Shown here: piece by piece, positions 46,760 through 57,962 of the stretch | How positions within the stretch are numbered: the stretch's first letter is position 1 | Layout: the number at the start of each line of letters is the position of its first letter | Source: Gemmatimonadota bacterium | Lineage (GTDB): Bacteria > Gemmatimonadota > Gemmatimonadetes > Palauibacterales > Palauibacteraceae | NCBI GenBank assembly: GCA_963666735.1 | Contig: OY762926.1 | Coordinates: 608,001-672,000, forward strand | DNA length: 64,000 nt | Direction: 5' to 3' | The notes under the pieces: model-generated | Databases searched by the model: none | Told to the model about the DNA's origin: nothing | Seen by the model: the letters and a program-made list of their open reading frames with translations, nothing else | Translations under genes and position numbers: made by a program

Positions 46760-47116
46760 TTGCTCGACCCATATCTCGGCATCCTGATCCTCGCGTTGGT
46801 CGGCGTGCTGAACGCGGCCGCGATGATGGGCGTGTCGCACCTCGTGGGCTCCCGTCGACCGACCCCGGTGAAGGCGAGCCCGTACGAGTCGGGGATTCCC
46901 CCGCTCGGGACGACGCGGGAGCGTTTCTCGGTCAACTTCTACATCGTGGCGATGCTCTTCATCGTCCTCGATATTGAGACGCTCTTTCTCATTCCGTGGG
47001 CCGCGATCTTCCGGGAATTGGGGATGGCCGGGTTCGTGGAGATCACGGCGTTTCTGGCCGTGCTCGGCGTGGGACTCGTGTACGCGTGGAAGAAGGGGGC
47101 CCTCGAATGGGACTGA
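46760..47116 (+). CDS. nuoA: NADH-quinone oxidoreductase subunit A
   Basis: [30 protein letters not shown] start after GAGGAG. Confidence 0.95.
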   Translation: MLDPYLGILILALVGVLNAAAMMGVSHLVGSRRPTPVKASPYESGIPPLGTTRERFSVNFYIVAMLFIVLDIETLFLIPWAAIFRELGMAGFVEITAFLAVLGVGLVYAWKKGALEWD

Positions 47117-47141
47117 TATCGAGACCGAGGGGAGAGGCGCG

Positions 47142-47843
47142 ATGAAACCGCTCGACACGCTGCCTCCCGGCGCACACCCCGGCCAGGGTCGGATCGACAC
47201 CGGCATCCCGCACAACTGGATGACGACGAAGCTCGACTACGTGATCAACTGGGCGCGCCGCAACTCGCTGTGGCCCATGCCGTTCGGGACCGCCTGCTGC
47301 GCGATCGAGATGATGGCTTCCGCCGCGACCAAGTACGACATCGGCCGCTTCGGAATGGAGCGCATGTCCTTCAGTCCCAGGCAGGCGGACCTGATGATCG
47401 TCGCCGGCCGGGTGACCTACAAGCTGGCCCCGGTTCTGCGTCGGGTCTGGGATCAGATGCCGCAGCCCAAGTGGTGCGTGTCCATGGGCGCGTGCGCGAG
47501 TTCCGGCGGGATGTTCGACAACTACACGATCGTCCAGGGGATCGACACGATCGTGCCGGTCGATGTCTACGTCCCGGGGTGTCCGCCCCGGCCGGAGGGT
47601 CTCATCTACGGACTCCTCATGATCCAGGAGAAGATCAAGGGAGAGTCGCTGGCGGATCCCCGCGCGCGGGACGAGGCTCCGGAGGCGGTTGGACGCCCGA
47701 ATCTGCCCCCCGAAACGATCGAACTCGTCGCCCAGCCCTTCGGCAACTCGACGAACCAGAACCGCATGAGCGGGCTCGGCCCGACCTCCGCCCTTGCCCG
47801 TTCGCGCGACCGGCGCGAACGCCGCCTGGAACACCGGGATTGA
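47142..47843 (+). CDS. nuoB: NADH-quinone oxidoreductase subunit B
   Basis: [27 protein letters not shown]. Confidence 0.97.
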   Translation: MKPLDTLPPGAHPGQGRIDTGIPHNWMTTKLDYVINWARRNSLWPMPFGTACCAIEMMASAATKYDIGRFGMERMSFSPRQADLMIVAGRVTYKLAPVLRRVWDQMPQPKWCVSMGACASSGGMFDNYTIVQGIDTIVPVDVYVPGCPPRPEGLIYGLLMIQEKIKGESLADPRARDEAPEAVGRPNLPPETIELVAQPFGNSTNQNRMSGLGPTSALARSRDRRERRLEHRD

Positions 47844-47859
47844 CCGGGGCGCTGCGCCG

Positions 47860-49749
47860 TTGACGACCGCGACGACGACCGCGCCTCCGCGCATGGTGCG
47901 GGTCGCGCCCCTCGGCGGGGACGCGGCGAGCCATCCCTCGGTGTGCGCTCTTCGCGAGCGCTTCGGCGACGGCGTGCGGCGGGTGGAGAGCGATGCGCTC
48001 GGCTATCCCGTCGTGTGGATGGACCCCGGCATCAACGCCGAGGCGCTCCGATTCCTCCGCGAGACCCCCGACCAGGCGTACGACCTGCTCGCGGACCTCA
48101 TGGGCGCGCACGGCGGCATCGGAGCCCCGATCCAGGTGTGGTACCAGCTCTGGTCCATGGCGCACGGCCGCCAGCTCCGGATCGCGTGCGAGGTGCCGAT
48201 GGACGACCTCGAGCTGGACAGCGTTACCGACCAGTGGCTCGCCGCCGACTGGCTGGAACGCGAGGTGTGGGATATGTACGGCGTGAGCTTCCGCGGCCAC
48301 CCGGACCTGCGCCGCATCCTCATGCCGGAGAACTACGAAGAGGGCTTCCCCCTCCGGAAGGACTTCCCTCTGCGCGGTCGCTTCAGCCGGTCCACGCAGG
48401 TGAGCCGCGCGCTCTCTCGCGACCTGCTCGACATCTATGCGGTCGAGGAGCTGGAGATGGCGGGCTACGCCGTCACCGAGGACGGAGAGGTGCAGGCTCC
48501 GTCGGAGCGCGCGGCGGAAGGCGAGGCTGCGGCGGGGGGGATCCGCGACGTGAGCCCGGACGAGAAGCCCGAGGACGCGCTCGAGGGCACCCCCATCCTG
48601 ATCAACATGGGGCCGCAGCACCCCGCCACGCACGGCGTCCTCCGGCTCGTACTCCAGCTCGACGGGGAGCGCGTCGTACGCTGCGTCCCCCATATCGGGT
48701 ATCTGCACACGGGCTTCGAGAAAACGTGCGAGTTCCGCGAGTGGAATCAGTGCGTCCCCTACACGGACCGCATGGACTACCTCGCGCCGATGCTCTACAA
48801 CATCGGCTACGCCGGGGCGGTCGAAGCGCTCCTCGATGTCGAGATCACGGAGCGCTGCCGCGTCGTCCGCGTCATCCTCGGCGAGATGAATCGCATCCTC
48901 GGCCACCTCCTGTGGCTCGGGACGACGGCGATCGACATCGGCGCGTTCTCCGTCTTCCTCTACACATTCCAGGAGCGCGAGCGGATCTACAACCTGCACG
49001 AGGCGTACACGGGGGGCCGGATCACGACCTCCGTCACCCGGGTCGGCGGGATGATGGCGGACCTGCCCGTGGGCTGGACGGCGGCGGCGCGCGACTTCGC
49101 GGCCACCTTCCCGGAGACGCTGGACGAGGTCGAGCAGCTCCTGTCGCGCAACGCGATCTGGCAGGGCCGCACGATGGACATCGGGGCGCTCTCCGCGGAC
49201 AAGGCGGTGAGCTACGGCGTCACCGGACCCACGCTCCGCGCGAGCGGCGTGGCGTACGACGTGCGGAAGGCGCGTCCCTACCTCGGGTACGAGGAGTACG
49301 ACTTCGACGTGCCCGTCGGCACCGCGGGAGACGTCTACGACCGTTATCTCGTGCGGCTGGAGGAGATGCGGCAGAGCATCCGCATCATCGAACAGGCGCT
49401 GGACCGGCTGCCGGGCGGCCCGATCAACATCGACGACTACCGGATCGTCCTGCCCCCCAAGGGCGAGGCGATGGGGTCGATCGACACCATGATCTCGCAC
49501 TTCAAGCTCGTGATGGAAGGCGTCCGCGTGCCCGCCGGCGAGACGTGGTACTCCATCGAAAGCTCGAAGGGCGAGTTGGGGTTCGGGGTCATCTCCGACG
49601 GCGGCACGAAGCCCGTCCGCTGCCGGTTCCGCGGCCCGTCGTTCATCAACATCGCCTCCCTTCCGGAACTCGTGAGGGGCGAACTCGTCGCGGACGTGGT
49701 CGCGATCAACGCCTCGCTCGATGTCGTGCTCGGAGAGATCGACCGATGA
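47860..49749 (+). CDS. nuoCD: NADH-quinone oxidoreductase fused subunit C/D
   Basis: EREVWDMYG...HPDLRRIL...PLRKDFP then [14 protein letters not shown]...GEIDR in one frame. Start uncertain. Confidence 0.95.
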   Translation: MTTATTTAPPRMVRVAPLGGDAASHPSVCALRERFGDGVRRVESDALGYPVVWMDPGINAEALRFLRETPDQAYDLLADLMGAHGGIGAPIQVWYQLWSMAHGRQLRIACEVPMDDLELDSVTDQWLAADWLEREVWDMYGVSFRGHPDLRRILMPENYEEGFPLRKDFPLRGRFSRSTQVSRALSRDLLDIYAVEELEMAGYAVTEDGEVQAPSERAAEGEAAAGGIRDVSPDEKPEDALEGTPILINMGPQHPATHGVLRLVLQLDGERVVRCVPHIGYLHTGFEKTCEFREWNQCVPYTDRMDYLAPMLYNIGYAGAVEALLDVEITERCRVVRVILGEMNRILGHLLWLGTTAIDIGAFSVFLYTFQERERIYNLHEAYTGGRITTSVTRVGGMMADLPVGWTAAARDFAATFPETLDEVEQLLSRNAIWQGRTMDIGALSADKAVSYGVTGPTLRASGVAYDVRKARPYLGYEEYDFDVPVGTAGDVYDRYLVRLEEMRQSIRIIEQALDRLPGGPINIDDYRIVLPPKGEAMGSIDTMISHFKLVMEGVRVPAGETWYSIESSKGELGFGVISDGGTKPVRCRFRGPSFINIASLPELVRGELVADVVAINASLDVVLGEIDR

Positions 49750-50342
49750 GCCGGCGCATCCATCCCGCGGTCGCCGGGGCGCAGCCGTTTCAGCTGACGG
49801 CGAGGGAGACTTTCGACGGACCCGTCTTCGAGACGGAGGAGGGGAAGCACCGGCTGGCAGCGGCCCTCTCCCGCTATCCGGCGAAGCAGGCGGCGCTCCT
49901 CCCCATGCTCGGCTTCGTGCAGTCGGTGAAGGGGTGGGTCGAACCCGCGGACATGGTGGAAATCGCCGAGGCTCTGGATCTGACGCCGGCCTACGTGCAC
50001 TCGATCGCGACCTTCTACACGATGTACAACAGGCACCCGGTCGGGCGTCACTTCGTCCAGGTGTGTACGAACATCTCCTGCCATCTGAACGGGGCCGAGG
50101 AGGTGCTGCACGGCTTCCTTGCCGAGACGGGGACGCGGGAGGGCGAGATCTCCGAGGATGGCGAGTTCACCGTGATCGAGGCGGAGTGCCTGGGCGCGTG
50201 CGGGTTTGCCACGGTCGTTCAGGTGAACGACCGCTACCTCGAGGAGGTGACGCCGGGCCGTGTCCCCGAGATCGTCGCGAAGCTGCGGGGGGCGCGCGAC
50301 GGCGCCGCGACGGAGGGGCCGGGCGCGGGGGGCGGCGCATGA
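49746..50342 (+). CDS. nuoE: NADH-quinone oxidoreductase subunit E
   Basis: ATFYTMY, CTNISC, ECLGAC. Confidence 0.95.
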   Translation: MSRRIHPAVAGAQPFQLTARETFDGPVFETEEGKHRLAAALSRYPAKQAALLPMLGFVQSVKGWVEPADMVEIAEALDLTPAYVHSIATFYTMYNRHPVGRHFVQVCTNISCHLNGAEEVLHGFLAETGTREGEISEDGEFTVIEAECLGACGFATVVQVNDRYLEEVTPGRVPEIVAKLRGARDGAATEGPGAGGGA

Positions 50343-51628
50343 GCTTCCCGCACCGGAGCGATCTCGAGACGACGACCCGACTCTCGCGGCACCAGGGTGA
50401 GGCCCGGGCGCGGACGCTCGGCGGCTGGCGCGCGCTGGGCGGCTACGAGGCGCTCCGGAAGTCGCTCGACATGTCGCCCGCCTGGATCACAGAGGCCGTC
50501 AAGGCCTCAGGCCTTCGCGGGCGGGGCGGTGCGGGCTTCCCGACGGGTCTCAAGTGGAGCTTCATGCCGAAGGACGACGGCAAGCCGCACTACCTGTGCT
50601 GCAACGCGGATGAATCCGAACCTGGCGCGTTCAAGGACCGGGAGGTCATCCGCTGGACGCCGCACCTGCTCATCGAGGGCTGCCTGATCGCTTCGCGCGC
50701 CATCGGGGCCGAGCATGCCTACATCTACGTTCGGGGCGAGTTCTTCGAGGAAACTCGGGTTCTCAACGCCGCGGTCGTCGAAGCGTATGAGAACGGTCTC
50801 GCGGGAGATGGGATCCTGGGCTCGTCGTGGTCGTGCGATGTGACGGTCCACGCCGGGGCGGGGGCGTACATTGCCGGCGAGGAGACCGGCCTCATGAACT
50901 CGCTCATGGGGAACCGCGCGGAGCCCTGGGCGAAGCCGCCCTTCCCGGCGCAGGCCGGGGCGTTCGGAATGCCCACGACGGTGAACAACGTCGAGACCCT
51001 CGCGGCGGTCCCCATGATCCTGGAGCACGGCGCGGACTGGTACCGGCAGTGGGGGAGCGACGAGTCGCCCGGGACCAAGCTGTGGAGCTGCTCGGGTCAC
51101 CTCGTGCGCCCCGGAAACTACGAGTTCGCGCTGGGCCTGCCGCTGAGCGACATCATCTTCGAGGCCTGCGGCGGTACCCCATCGGGCAAGCCGGTCAAGG
51201 CCGTGATCCCGGGCGGGTCGTCCACGGCGTTCCTCGGCGGAGACGAACTCGACTGCGCGACGACGTACGAGGGGCTGGCGGAGGCGGGCAGCGCCCTCGG
51301 CACCGCCTCGCCGATCGTGATGGACGAGGACACGGACATCGTCGCGGCCATGCGCCGGATCGCGCAGTTCTACGCGCACGAGTCGTGCGGCCAGTGCGTG
51401 CAGTGCCGCGAGGGCACGTCGTGGGTCGTCCGCATCCTGCAGCGCATCGAGGCGGGGGACGGGCGGCCGAGCGATATCGACACGCTGTACGAGCTGTGCG
51501 AGCAGATGACGGGACGCACGATCTGCGTGCTGGCGGACAGCGTCGTGTTCCCGCTCCGCTCCTCGCTCGACAAGTTCCGCGCCGACTACGAGGCGCTGAT
51601 GAAGCCGACCCTGGTCGCGGCGGGCTGA
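50339..51628 (+). CDS. nuoF: NADH-quinone oxidoreductase subunit F
   Basis: GLRGRGGAGFP, NADESEPG, GEETG, ESCGQCVQCREG...C. Confidence 0.97.
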   Translation: MSFPHRSDLETTTRLSRHQGEARARTLGGWRALGGYEALRKSLDMSPAWITEAVKASGLRGRGGAGFPTGLKWSFMPKDDGKPHYLCCNADESEPGAFKDREVIRWTPHLLIEGCLIASRAIGAEHAYIYVRGEFFEETRVLNAAVVEAYENGLAGDGILGSSWSCDVTVHAGAGAYIAGEETGLMNSLMGNRAEPWAKPPFPAQAGAFGMPTTVNNVETLAAVPMILEHGADWYRQWGSDESPGTKLWSCSGHLVRPGNYEFALGLPLSDIIFEACGGTPSGKPVKAVIPGGSSTAFLGGDELDCATTYEGLAEAGSALGTASPIVMDEDTDIVAAMRRIAQFYAHESCGQCVQCREGTSWVVRILQRIEAGDGRPSDIDTLYELCEQMTGRTICVLADSVVFPLRSSLDKFRADYEALMKPTLVAAG

Positions 51629-51631
51629 GGC

Positions 51632-53245
51632 ATGGCTGAGAACGGCGCGAAGGCGACGGTTACGCTCACGATCGACGGGGTCGAGGTCACGGTCCCGAGC
51701 GGCACCCGCGTCATCGAGGCCGCGGAGCACGTGGGCGTCGTCGTGCCCCGCTATTGCTACCATCCGGGCATCCCCACGCGGCCGGCGCAGTGCCGCATGT
51801 GTCTCGTGGAGGTCGAGGGGCGGCCCAAGCTGGAGCCCTCGTGTACGCTGCGGGCGACCGATGACATGGTCGTGAATACGGCGAGCGACACCGCCCGCAC
51901 GGCCCGCCAGTCGGTCATCGAGTTTCTCCTCGTCAACCACCCGCTCGATTGCCCGATCTGCGACGCCGCGGGGCAGTGCATGCTCCAGGACTACGCGTAC
52001 GTCACGAACCAGCTCGAGAGCCGAGTCGACGAGCCCAAGCGGATCATGGGGCGGGACCGCATCTCCGACGACATCCTCTACTTCGCGGACCGCTGCGTCA
52101 TCTGCACGCGCTGCGTGCGCTTCATGCGCGACGTCGCCGAGGACGATTCGCTCATCGTCGCACAGCGCGGGGACAAGGCATTCATCGACACCTTCCCGGG
52201 GCGCGAACTCGACAACCCCTTCCAGGGGAACATCGTCGACGTGTGCCCGGTCGGCGCGCTCGTGCACGAGGACTTCGTGTTCAAGGCGCGGGCCTGGGAC
52301 ATGGATGCGGCGGCGAGCGTGTGTCCCGGGTGTCCGACGGGCTGCAACGTCACGATCGACACGAAGGAGAACCAGATCGTGCGCGTGAAGCCGAGGCACA
52401 ACGCGGCGGTGAACTCGTGGTGGATGTGCGATTACGGGCGCAAGCACCTCGTGATGACGAACCGCGGCGTGCGAGCCGAGGTCCCCCTCATCCGCGACGG
52501 CGAGCAACTGAGGCCCGTCGACTGGGCGATGGCGCTCGACTGGGTGGCGGAGAAGATCGGCGGCCTCGAGGGAGCCGGCGGGAGCGCGATCGTGTCCCCG
52601 GACGCCTCCAACGAGAATCTGTTCCATGTCTGGAAGCTCCTCGAACGGCTCGGGGTCGCGGGCGCGGCTTTCCAGGTTCCGCGGGGCGAAACCGCCGCCC
52701 TGCCCACGGTGCCGACGCTCAAGCTGAGGGCGGATCGCGCCGCGAACGCGACGGGCGCCGGACTCTTCGGCGGCCATCGCCTGGACGGTCTCCCCGACGG
52801 CCCGGCGGGTGGAGCGCTGGTCGTGCTCGATGACGCCCTCGAGGGAGCCGATGAGGACTTCGGCGGCGCGGCCGACTTCTTCCTCTACCTCGGCACGCGG
52901 CTTCCCGGCGCGGCGCGGCACGCGGATGCGGTGTTCCCGATCGCGACGTTCACCGAGATGGACGGCACGTTCACGAACTTCGAAGGCCGTGTGCAGCGCT
53001 TCCACCAGGCGCTGAGGCCGCCGGGGCTGGCCCGCCCGGGCTGGATGGTGCTGAGCCGCGTGCTCGCCCGCCTGGGAGACGGCGAGGCCATCAACGATGT
53101 GCGCACCGCGTTCGACCGGATGGCGGTGGAGACCCCGGCCTTTGCGGGCCTGACGTGGGACGGGATCGGGCTCAAGGGCGCCCCGGCCGCCGACTCGGCC
53201 GCGGAGGCCGGCGCCATCGCCGATTCCGCGGAGGCCGGCGCGTGA
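51632..53245 (+). CDS. nuoG: NADH-quinone oxidoreductase subunit G (short form)
   Basis: CYHP...CRMC...C, HPLDCPICD..G.C, CVICTRC...CPVG, CPGCPTGC...C. Confidence 0.95.
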   Translation: MAENGAKATVTLTIDGVEVTVPSGTRVIEAAEHVGVVVPRYCYHPGIPTRPAQCRMCLVEVEGRPKLEPSCTLRATDDMVVNTASDTARTARQSVIEFLLVNHPLDCPICDAAGQCMLQDYAYVTNQLESRVDEPKRIMGRDRISDDILYFADRCVICTRCVRFMRDVAEDDSLIVAQRGDKAFIDTFPGRELDNPFQGNIVDVCPVGALVHEDFVFKARAWDMDAAASVCPGCPTGCNVTIDTKENQIVRVKPRHNAAVNSWWMCDYGRKHLVMTNRGVRAEVPLIRDGEQLRPVDWAMALDWVAEKIGGLEGAGGSAIVSPDASNENLFHVWKLLERLGVAGAAFQVPRGETAALPTVPTLKLRADRAANATGAGLFGGHRLDGLPDGPAGGALVVLDDALEGADEDFGGAADFFLYLGTRLPGAARHADAVFPIATFTEMDGTFTNFEGRVQRFHQALRPPGLARPGWMVLSRVLARLGDGEAINDVRTAFDRMAVETPAFAGLTWDGIGLKGAPAADSAAEAGAIADSAEAGA

Positions 53246-54501
53246 ACCCGGTCACCGGCGGCGCCTTCGTTCTCGCCACCGCGGGGAAGGCCCTCGTCTT
53301 CTTCTCGGTGCTGATGCTCGCGGTGATGTTCGCCACGATCTTCGAGCGCAAGGTGTGCGGCTTCATGCAGGACCGGAGCGGCCCGAACCGCGTCGGCCCG
53401 TGGGGACTCCTTCAGGTCATCGCCGACGGGCTCAAGAATCTCCTGAAGGAAGAGACGATGCCGGAGCAGGCGATCCGGCCCTTCTTTCTGCTCGCGCCCG
53501 TCCTCGGGATCCTGCCGGCCACGATCCTCTTCGCCGTGATCCCCTTCGCTTCCCCCATGCCCACGCCGTGGGGACTCGTGGAGATGATCGTGGCGGACGT
53601 GCCGATCGGTTTCCTCTACGTGCTCGCGATCGGTTCGATCGGCGTGTACGGCGTCGCGATGGGCGGTTGGGCCTCCGGCTCGAAGTACTCGCTCCTCGGC
53701 GGGCTTCGCGGCTCCGCCCAGATGGTGAGCTACGAGGTTGCGCTCGCGCTCAGCCTCGTCCCCCTCATCCTCCTCACCGGGGATGTGCGCGCGCCCGAGA
53801 TCGTCTCCATGCAGCAGACGTTCACGGCCGGGCCGGCGACGTACGCGACCTGGTTCATGTTTCCGCTCCTCGTCGGTCTCTTCTTCTTCTTCGTGTCGGG
53901 ACTCGCGGAGACGAACCGCCTGCCTTTCGACCTTCCGGAAGCGGAGGCCGAACTCATCACCGGATACCACACGGAGTATTCGGCGATGAAGTTCTCGATG
54001 TTCATGATCGGCGAGTTCGCGCACGTGATCACGGTCGCCGCGCTCGTCACGGTCTTTTTCCTCGGCGGATGGGACATCCCGTTCTGGCAGGGGGACAATA
54101 TCCGCGTACTCTCCGATGGGACCGTGATCGGGGAGCCGACGTGGTGGAAGACGCTGCTCACGCTCGGCGCGTTCGGCTTGAAGACAGCGCTTCTCGTGCT
54201 CGTCTTCGTCTGGATTCGGTGGACGCTGCCGCGCTTCCGCTACGACCAGCTCATGGATCTGGGCTGGAAGTTCATGCTGGAAGCGGTGACGGTCTACATC
54301 CTCGTCATCGCCTTCGTCATCCTCGGAATCGAGGCGGTCGGCATCCCGGCCGGCGGTTGGTACGCGTTCGTTCTCTTTCTCGTGAATCTTGCACTCGCAG
54401 CGGTCCTCTTCTTCGCCATGGACCGGGGGACGCTGATCCGCGGCGGGGCGAAGGGGGCGAGGTCGACCGGCGGTGGCGCCGGGGAAGGCCAGGGAGGGTA
54501 A
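53242..54501 (+). CDS. nuoH: NADH-quinone oxidoreductase subunit H
   Basis: ERK...QDRSGPNRVG, AQMVSYE, AETNRLPFDLPEAE, PRFRYDQLM. Confidence 0.97.
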   Translation: MNPVTGGAFVLATAGKALVFFSVLMLAVMFATIFERKVCGFMQDRSGPNRVGPWGLLQVIADGLKNLLKEETMPEQAIRPFFLLAPVLGILPATILFAVIPFASPMPTPWGLVEMIVADVPIGFLYVLAIGSIGVYGVAMGGWASGSKYSLLGGLRGSAQMVSYEVALALSLVPLILLTGDVRAPEIVSMQQTFTAGPATYATWFMFPLLVGLFFFFVSGLAETNRLPFDLPEAEAELITGYHTEYSAMKFSMFMIGEFAHVITVAALVTVFFLGGWDIPFWQGDNIRVLSDGTVIGEPTWWKTLLTLGAFGLKTALLVLVFVWIRWTLPRFRYDQLMDLGWKFMLEAVTVYILVIAFVILGIEAVGIPAGGWYAFVLFLVNLALAAVLFFAMDRGTLIRGGAKGARSTGGGAGEGQGG

Positions 54502-54999
54502 ATGCCTGGAGACGTGAAAGTTGTGGAGCGCCCGCGAGCCGAGAGTTCGTATGTGCGCGCGGCGGCGAAGGGGATGTCGATCACCATGCGACACCTCCTC
54601 AGCCCCAACAAGAAGACGCAGCAGTATCCCGACGAGAAATGGGAACTCGCGCCGCGGACGCGCGGAACGCACCGCATGGCGGTGCACGAGGATGGACGGG
54701 CGAAGTGCGTCGCGTGCGGCCTGTGCCCGACCGTGTGCCCCGTGAACTGCATCAAGCTCGTGCCGGCGGAGGACGAGAACGGCGAGCGTTACGCGGCGAT
54801 CTACGAGATCGACGAGTTCCGCTGCATCTTCTGCGGCTACTGCCAGGAAGTGTGTCCGGTCGAGGCGATTCACCTCGGCGTGCACTACGAGAACGCGGAG
54901 TACTCTCGCGAGCGCTGGGTGTACGACCTGGAGCGGCTGGTCGAACAGGAGCACGAGGTCACGGCGCTGTGGGATCCGCAGGACCCGGCGTCGCAGTGA
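54502..54999 (+). CDS. nuoI: NADH-quinone oxidoreductase subunit I
   Basis: Two CxxCxxCxxxCP motifs. Confidence 0.96.
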   Translation: MPGDVKVVERPRAESSYVRAAAKGMSITMRHLLSPNKKTQQYPDEKWELAPRTRGTHRMAVHEDGRAKCVACGLCPTVCPVNCIKLVPAEDENGERYAAIYEIDEFRCIFCGYCQEVCPVEAIHLGVHYENAEYSRERWVYDLERLVEQEHEVTALWDPQDPASQ

Positions 55000-55018
55000 T
55001 GCCGCGATCGATGCCGAG

Positions 55019-55546
55019 ATGATTCAGGACTTTCTCTTCCAGGCTTTCGCCGCGAGCGCGATTCTGGGCGCGGTGATCATGGTCACGCGCCGAAATCCCG
55101 TGTCCGCCGTGATCTTCCTGGTCGGCGTGTTCTTCGCCACGTCGGGCATGTTCCTCATGCTGGACGCGCACTACATCGCGGCGATCAACGTGATCCTGTA
55201 CGGCGGCGCCATCATGGTCCTCTTCCTCTTCGTCCTCATGCTGCTCAACCTGGGACACGCGGACTGGCGCGACCTGAAGGGACCGGTCGGGGGACTCATC
55301 GGCGGTTCGATCTCGATCGCCTTCCTCGGCGTGCTCACGCGGCTCTTCGTCGGTGGGACGGACGCCCGGCCCGTCGTCGATGTCGCGGGCAGCGCGCTGC
55401 GCGAGGCGGCGGCCGAACAGGGGGTCGTCGGCGTCGTGGCCCGGCCGCTCTTCCAGGAGTACACGATCGTGCTCGAGGTGACGGGCGTCCTCCTCCTGGT
55501 CTCGATGGTGGGGACGATCCTGCTGGCCCGCAGGGAGCGGACGTGA
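55019..55546 (+). CDS. nuoJ: NADH-quinone oxidoreductase subunit J
   Basis: [22 protein letters not shown]. Confidence 0.95.
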   Translation: MIQDFLFQAFAASAILGAVIMVTRRNPVSAVIFLVGVFFATSGMFLMLDAHYIAAINVILYGGAIMVLFLFVLMLLNLGHADWRDLKGPVGGLIGGSISIAFLGVLTRLFVGGTDARPVVDVAGSALREAAAEQGVVGVVARPLFQEYTIVLEVTGVLLLVSMVGTILLARRERT

Positions 55547-55872
55547 ACGAGGCGGGCATGGCGAGCGCGCTCGGCCTGCACGGACTCATCGCCCTCTTCG
55601 TGAGCGCGATCCTGTTCTCGGTCGGCGTGATCGGCGTCCTCCTGCGGCGGAACGCGATCATCGTGTTCATGTGCGTCGAGTTGATGCTGAACGCCGCGAA
55701 CCTCTCGCTCGTCGCCTTCTCGCGCATGCACGGGATCGAGGGCCAGATCTTCGTCTTCTTCGTCATGGCCGTCGCCGCGGCCGAGGCCGCCGTGGGACTC
55801 GCGATCATCATCGCGATCTTTCGGCACTATGAAGTCGTGGATCTCGACCGCTTCCGGCTCCTGAAGTGGTGA
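55543..55872 (+). CDS. nuoK: NADH-quinone oxidoreductase subunit K
   Basis: RRN...[16 protein letters not shown]. Confidence 0.96.
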   Translation: MNEAGMASALGLHGLIALFVSAILFSVGVIGVLLRRNAIIVFMCVELMLNAANLSLVAFSRMHGIEGQIFVFFVMAVAAAEAAVGLAIIIAIFRHYEVVDLDRFRLLKW

Positions 55873-57962
55873 GTTTCGACGCCGTATCGGGTGCGGGCGC
55901 GCTTGCGTCCGGAGCGGGCGCCTTCGCGGGGCAGGAGGGCGCGGGAGCCGGGTTCCATCCGGTGCTCCCGTGGCTCATCCTCGCCCTCCCGCTGCTCGGG
56001 GCGGCGGTGAACGGCGCCGGGGCCTTCCTGTGGCGCGACGACAAGCGGATCCCGACGATCGTCGGACCCGCGGCGCTGCTCGGGAGCTTCGCGGTCGTCC
56101 TCGTCAACTTCATCGCGATGAGCGGCGCGGAACTGCATGGCGCGGAAGTGGTCCGCCTGTGGAACTGGATCGTGTCCGGGGACCTCCGCATCGGGGTCGA
56201 CCTCCAGTTCGATCAGCTCTCGATGCTGATGTGCATGATCGTGACCGGGGTCGGGAGTCTGATCCACATCTATTCCGTCGGCTACATGCGCGACGATCCC
56301 GGTTATTCCCGCTACTTCTCGTACCTCAACCTCTTCGTCTTCTTCATGCTCGTCCTCGTCCTGGGGGCCAGCTTCCCTCTCATGTTCGTGGGCTGGGAGG
56401 GCGTGGGGCTCTGTTCGTACCTGCTCATCGGCTTCTGGTACGAGAACCGGGACTACGCGAACGCGGGCAAGAAGGCGTTCATCATGAACCGGATCGGCGA
56501 CGCGGGCTTCCTCGTCGCCATGTTCCTGGTCTTCACGGCCTTCGGGACGCTGGATTTCATTCCCGTCCTGGAGGCGGCGGAGGGAACGCTCGCGTACGGC
56601 GGCGTTCTCGTCACCGGCATCACGCTCCTCCTCTTCCTCGGCTGCACGGGGAAGTCGGCCCAGATCCCCCTTCACACCTGGCTTCCCGACGCCATGGCGG
56701 GTCCGACGCCGGTCTCGGCGCTCATTCACGCGGCGACGATGGTGACGGCGGGGGTCTATCTCATCGCGCGCACGAGTGTCCTGTTCGCGCTCTCGCCCGT
56801 GTCCCAGGGGGTGGTGGCGGCGGTCGGGGCGGGGACGGCGCTGTTCGCGGCTTCGATCGCGATCCGGCAGTACGACATCAAGAAGGTGCTCGCGTACTCC
56901 ACGATCTCGCAGCTCGGCTACATGTTCCTCGCCGTCGGGGTGGGGGCGTTCACGGCCGGCGTCTTCCACCTGATGACGCACGCCTTCTTCAAGGCGCTCC
57001 TCTTCCTCGGCGCGGGGGCCGTGATCCACTCGGTGCATCATGCGTGGGCGCACGGAGAGGACGGACACGGCGACGGGGACCACAGCGATCCGAACGACAT
57101 GCGGAACCACGGCGGACTGAGGAAGTTCATGCCCCGCACGTTCGTCTTCATGTGGGTCGCGACGCTCGCGATCGCGGGCGTGCCGCCACTGGCCGGATTC
57201 TTCTCGAAGGATGAGATCATCTGGTACGCGGGCGCGTACGGATATCCGATCCTGTGGGGCGTGGCGCTGGCCACGGCGTTGCTCACGGCGGTGTACATGG
57301 CCCGCCTCATGGTCCTGACCTTCCACGGGGAAAACCGAACCTTCGGGCACGGCGGAGCGCCCCGGGCCGGGCGGAAGCTACACGAGGCGCCCCCGGTGAT
57401 GTGGGCTCCCCTCGCCGTGCTCGCCGTCCTTTCCGTGGTTGGCGGCTGGGCCAACATCCCGGAGGCGCTGCCATTGCTGCCGGCCGTCGAATGGCTGCAC
57501 CACTGGCTCGAGCCCGTGTTCGAGCCCGCGATCGCGGTCAAGGAAGCGCACGGCTTCGTTGCCGGGCACCACGCGCCCGTCGGCGGTGGCGAGGCCCTGT
57601 GGGCGGGGATCTCCGCCGCGGTCGCGATCGCGGCCGTCACGGCGACGGTCCGTGTCCTGTCGCCGAAGCCGGTGCCGACGGAGGCGGAGGCGGTGGCGCC
57701 GACGGGCTTCGCCCGCGTCCTCCACGACAAATGGTACGTGGATGAACTGTACGACCGCGCCATCGTCCGCCCCTCGCTCGCGCTCTGGCGCGCCTGCTGG
57801 CGGATCGTGGATGCGGGCCTCATCGACGGCGCCGTGAACGGGGCGGGGCGGGCCGCCCGCCTCCTCGGATGGGCCGGGGGACAACTCCAGACGGGCCGCG
57901 TGACGACCTATCTCGTCGCCTTCATGCTCGGGGCCCTCCTCGTCCTCGGCGTGCTCTCTTGA
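55869..57962 (+). CDS. nuoL: NADH-quinone oxidoreductase subunit L
   Basis: [52 protein letters not shown]. Confidence 0.97.
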   Translation: MSFDAVSGAGALASGAGAFAGQEGAGAGFHPVLPWLILALPLLGAAVNGAGAFLWRDDKRIPTIVGPAALLGSFAVVLVNFIAMSGAELHGAEVVRLWNWIVSGDLRIGVDLQFDQLSMLMCMIVTGVGSLIHIYSVGYMRDDPGYSRYFSYLNLFVFFMLVLVLGASFPLMFVGWEGVGLCSYLLIGFWYENRDYANAGKKAFIMNRIGDAGFLVAMFLVFTAFGTLDFIPVLEAAEGTLAYGGVLVTGITLLLFLGCTGKSAQIPLHTWLPDAMAGPTPVSALIHAATMVTAGVYLIARTSVLFALSPVSQGVVAAVGAGTALFAASIAIRQYDIKKVLAYSTISQLGYMFLAVGVGAFTAGVFHLMTHAFFKALLFLGAGAVIHSVHHAWAHGEDGHGDGDHSDPNDMRNHGGLRKFMPRTFVFMWVATLAIAGVPPLAGFFSKDEIIWYAGAYGYPILWGVALATALLTAVYMARLMVLTFHGENRTFGHGGAPRAGRKLHEAPPVMWAPLAVLAVLSVVGGWANIPEALPLLPAVEWLHHWLEPVFEPAIAVKEAHGFVAGHHAPVGGGEALWAGISAAVAIAAVTATVRVLSPKPVPTEAEAVAPTGFARVLHDKWYVDELYDRAIVRPSLALWRACWRIVDAGLIDGAVNGAGRAARLLGWAGGQLQTGRVTTYLVAFMLGALLVLGVLS

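Noticed and set aside
53188..53242. Short duplication at the nuoG 3' end (ADSAAEAGA/ADSAEAGA); similar micro-repeats near 14870 and 17511
   Set aside because: Low-complexity linker or tail slippage with no evidence of function.
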